Shown: positions 60,411-64,000 of the stretch, piece by piece
How positions within the stretch are numbered: the stretch's first letter is position 1
How the letters are laid out: every line of letters starts with the position of its first letter
Source: Amoebophrya sp. A120
Lineage: Eukaryota > Protista > Dinoflagellata
DNA length: 64,000 nt
Reading direction: 5' to 3'
Assembly (NCBI GenBank): GCA_905178155.1
Contig: CAJINV010000002.1
Span: 1,857,216 to 1,921,215, forward strand
Notes under the pieces: generated by a model
Seen by the model: the letters and a program-made list of their open reading frames with translations, nothing else
Told to the model about the DNA's origin: nothing
The model's database searches: none
Translations under genes and position numbers: made by a program

Positions 60411-62015
60411 CCAACTATGCACAACGGTTGCACGAACGTGCGACAACGGTTGGACGAACGACAGGAACGAAGATTTTATATTTTTCCGTGGCGACAAGAA
60501 GCAGGACGATTACGTTTATGAAATCTATCTTCACGTCAAGCTTTGTATAAACTTTTCTGCTTTCGTTGCCCTAGACATGGTAGAAGTACACACAGGTTCT
60601 GCGTCTGACTGTCTCAGTCACGTCCGCGGGAACATGTTGTTCAACGGAGCATCTACAGGAGTAGCTGCTCTTCTGACGCAAAGTCGTTGCTCTTCTCGAA
60701 GACCTCGTGGAAGACTACGACTTTCTTTGCGGGGCCAGTACTTTGCAACATGTAGTAGTTGTAGTTCATGGATGTTGTTTCCACGAGAGCCGGCAGGTGT
60801 GTAGTTCACGCGATTTTGAAGTTACCACGCACGAGGATGAGGATTGCGATTGCCATAAGCACAAGGACGTAATAAAACTAACATGTTGGAGCCCAGGAAA
60901 TAAAATACTTGCGGGACAAGGAGAATGGGGTTTTGCGATTCACTAGAGACTGAGGACACGATACGTTTTTCGAGTGACAGTGAGAAAGGTGCAAAACTAG
61001 AAAGTAGGGGTCGTACGGCACTGGCATGCAGGATCTGCTGATCTGGCGATTTTTTGAATTCGCACAAAGAGGGAAAGAATCTTGTGGAGGACGTTTTCGC
61101 GTCTTTTCAAGAAGCACAATTGATGAACAAGAACGCAGTAGTACGTTGTCGATTGAGTCTGATTCTCCTGATAGGTAGATTGATATCATCTTCGTTCACA
61201 CCGCGACAAAAGCCTCTTCCTCCAGTTCGTCCGCAGCAGAGGGCGCGTTGGTTTGTTCGTCATCCGCATCTTCCGAATTTCCTTTCTTGTTTTCGAGAAA
61301 AGACCCGCCACAGCAGCCCGCGCCATCGTCGGTAGCATTGGCGCTGGGTTGCGCCGCCACGACCGGCTCCTTCGCGAACCACGTCAGTGTGAATGACCCG
61401 GCTTCGGCTCCAGCTTTGACTTGCCAGTAGTAAGGGCCCGTAAAGTATGGACAGGAATAAAGACTTTGCCGTACTACTACTACACGAAGTACATTTTGGA
61501 CTAACTTTGTTTCCCTCTGCTCTCAACAAATTCTGCAGGACAACATTAGTAGATCTTGATCTTTATTAATATTATTCAAGCGCTTGCAGTTTCAGGTTCA
61601 GCAATCAGCATGCCATCAAGATCATAAATGTCAACCTGCTTCAACTTCTTCGATAAATTGTTCGTGATGCATTTATCTATACGTCGTCTCGTACAGCAAA
61701 TTTCAATTTCTTTTCCATATAGCGGGGACGAGTTCCGAGTTCTTTTCAAAGGTGACGGTGCTTTTTGGGTACTTATCGCTTGCAGCGTTCGGGTCGTAGC
61801 AATATACTGCCTGCGCTTCGATATCACCCACAAATATTTGTCCCCCTCTGGGTAGGGAAATGAAGTATAATCAATTTGCATGGAAATCATCTGTAAGTAT
61901 TGCGTGACATCATTCGACATTAAAGGCGAAGCTCAGTTTCGCTCTACACATGAAGGTGGGCCGTCGCTCTTCTAGAAACTATGTCATGCTTGGCTCCTGT
62001 TCTTGACAGCGTATT

Positions 62016-63019
62016 TCATCCAAGTCCAACTCCAACCACAACTCCGAAACACACGAAGAAATACAGAACTATTCCCAGAGGTGGACCCAAGAAAGGACAG
62101 CGTGTTTGCATCCCATACTCAATTTTGTCAAACGGTCCGAAGCAGTACACATCTGCACGACCTCCGCTGGCGTTGTCGATCTTATCAAATGCAAATATCG
62201 ATCTGGGTCTGGAAGGCGAAGGATGCAAGGTCTGGCGTCCTCATGCATATTTTGCATGACCCATGAGGTCTGGAATGTAGGACATAGCATGACAGATTCT
62301 GTGAGAGTTCTATCATGCCTATCCTGCATGAGAAACTGCCTCTGAACTAGGTCAACAAAAGTGGGCAGCTTTTGGTAACTATGCAACACATGTTTTTACA
62401 TGATTCAGGTTCAGCATGACAAGTTGCTTTGTTCCAGACCCAAACATATTAATTTGCATTTGATAGATCTCGTCCGGGTACAGTCCGCTCGCCGCACCAT
62501 CCTATCCACTGCAAAAAGTATCGCACTCGTAGTAATTGCTGTTATCTTCTTCACGCATGAGATGAAATCTCACACTCTAGCTTTGCCTGATCCACCATGA
62601 CAAGAAACTGCATTTATTTTCTACAGTTCGGAAAATTTCAATTTGTAATGCAATTTATATATACTAGTACGTGTACGATACTGTTTTGCAATGCATACGT
62701 CCTTCAGGATGTGAACGGCTTCCTCCTTCGCGTTGAACAGCCCAATCATGCCGGAATCACAGGAGAAGAGGTTACCCGCGAGGCCCTCAACCGACTTGGA
62801 AAACCCGATGGAAGGACAGGTCGCAGAAACGTCGTTGGCAGATGCAGCTTGGCCATCGGCAGAAAGCTTTTGCTGGTTTTCGCGTTCATGTTCTTCTGCG
62901 TTGACCACCATGCTGGCAGCCAGTTGTGCCGTGTCAGCGGAGGCTGCGAGCAGGAGACCGGCAGCAGACGCGGAACGGTACTTGCTACGCATGGGCAACG
63001 TGGGATGGTGGTGCGACAT
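62016..63019 (-). CDS. Third, shorter member of the Cys-domain family (possibly truncated); 3 exons
   Basis: CPSIGF..SCDSGMIG..AVHILKD|GAASGLYPDEI|DNASGGRADVYCFGP after removing two introners; ends in a hydrophobic tail. Confidence 0.6.
62183..62465. mobile_element. Introner family B
   Basis: TATCAAATGCAAAT ... ATTTGCATTTGATA; direct repeat GATCT. Confidence 0.9.
62503..62697. mobile_element. Introner family A (long variant)
   Basis: Family A TIRs; direct repeat CATCC/CGTCC. Confidence 0.85.
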
Positions 63020-64000
63020 GGCTACTCTGCCGTACAATGATGAAAGCTGTTTTATTCAAAAATTGGCGCAAAGACGGCAAGAGCCGGTAGAGCTAGAGAA
63101 AGTAAAAATTACTGTGTAGCGACGAATGTATAGAGATGCTCAGGAATAATCTTGGCTGTCTGAAAAAGGGGTACTGCTGCAAGGGGGCAGCTAGTTGCAT
63201 GTCCTGGTCTGATCAATTTTTTCAAAGCTGTTGTACTGTCGCTCTTGCCTTAGTGGTTTCGCTAGCAGGCGTGAAAGACATGATCTATCGAGAACGAATT
63301 ACCTTTATTAGAGCCGGAGCTTATACACAAAAACGAGTAAGGAAGAACGAAACGAAAAGGAGGCAAAAATGCGACGAACACCAGGAACAAAATTAATGAC
63401 GAAGACGACAGCGCGCTTTCCTTTTTGAGGAACGAAAACGAAAAATTCTACTACAGGTGGACGGACGATGGAATCGAAAGCAGAATGTCAACGAAAATGC
63501 AACGGTCTTCTCGCGAATATGAGTAGCAACCTTGGCATCACATGAGGCAACAAACCACGTTGCAGAACAAGGCACTCCTGTGCGAAGGGTAAGTACAAGG
63601 CGACCAGGGCACGAGTGGCCCTTGCTCCTCGGGGAATGTTAAAATCTGGCAGCCGACAACGACCGGCAACAGAGTCGTTTCGGCCATGATATTACGGCGG
63701 CCAAACCCTTCGCCGGGCGGCAAAGCTGACGAGTTTGTCTCGGCTATCGGCCGCACGCTTTGGCGCTAGGTAGCACCCACAAGCATGCGGCAAAACGGTG
63801 CGCGCCTGATTTGCTGATCGCGATATCACGCCAGCTGCCCCTCCACCACGGGCGCCAATACAAACACGCGGCGGACGCCAGTGGCAGAGCGTGCGGGCGC
63901 AGCCGCGGAGGCTACGAGGGTTCCGGCCCAACGAACAGAAAGTCCCTGGCGCAGGCCCAGCAGACCGAAGCACTTCGCTAAGCCAAGCGACACAGGCCCC

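Noticed and set aside
61260-61920. Short minus-strand ORFs (114 and 89 aa)
   Set aside because: No recognisable motif or introner-supported structure; cannot be supported as genes.

Overview
Eukaryotic, gene-dense DNA in which every gene I could reconstruct (about 15) lies on the minus strand. The coding regions are interrupted by about 46 short (150-370 bp) non-canonical intron-like insertions from about 6 sequence families. Nearly all have TAT...ATA ends, terminal inverted repeats and a flanking 5-bp direct repeat, and at most junctions removing the element plus one repeat copy restores the reading frame. This matches the introner elements and co-oriented gene blocks described for the parasitic dinoflagellate Amoebophrya; the taxon is an inference. 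Genes include a METTL2/6-type tRNA m3C methyltransferase with a GST-C/EF1B-like N-terminal extension, a 12-intron EF-hand membrane protein, a RING-H2 protein, a RAP-like protein, a small CCCH zinc-finger protein, a SHOCT-domain membrane protein with a paralog, and a tandem family of secreted Cys-domain polyproteins. The most unusual feature is a 5.26-kb element with no credible ORF (3657-8915), a 13-bp TSD and an (AAC)n tail, nested inside a 150-bp introner; a second 46-bp tailed insertion sits inside another introner (25207-25252). All introner families share a repeated internal motif (about TTTGTNATGC), and families A and B occur in both orientations in same-strand genes. All gene models and junctions were read by eye and need RNA-seq confirmation.
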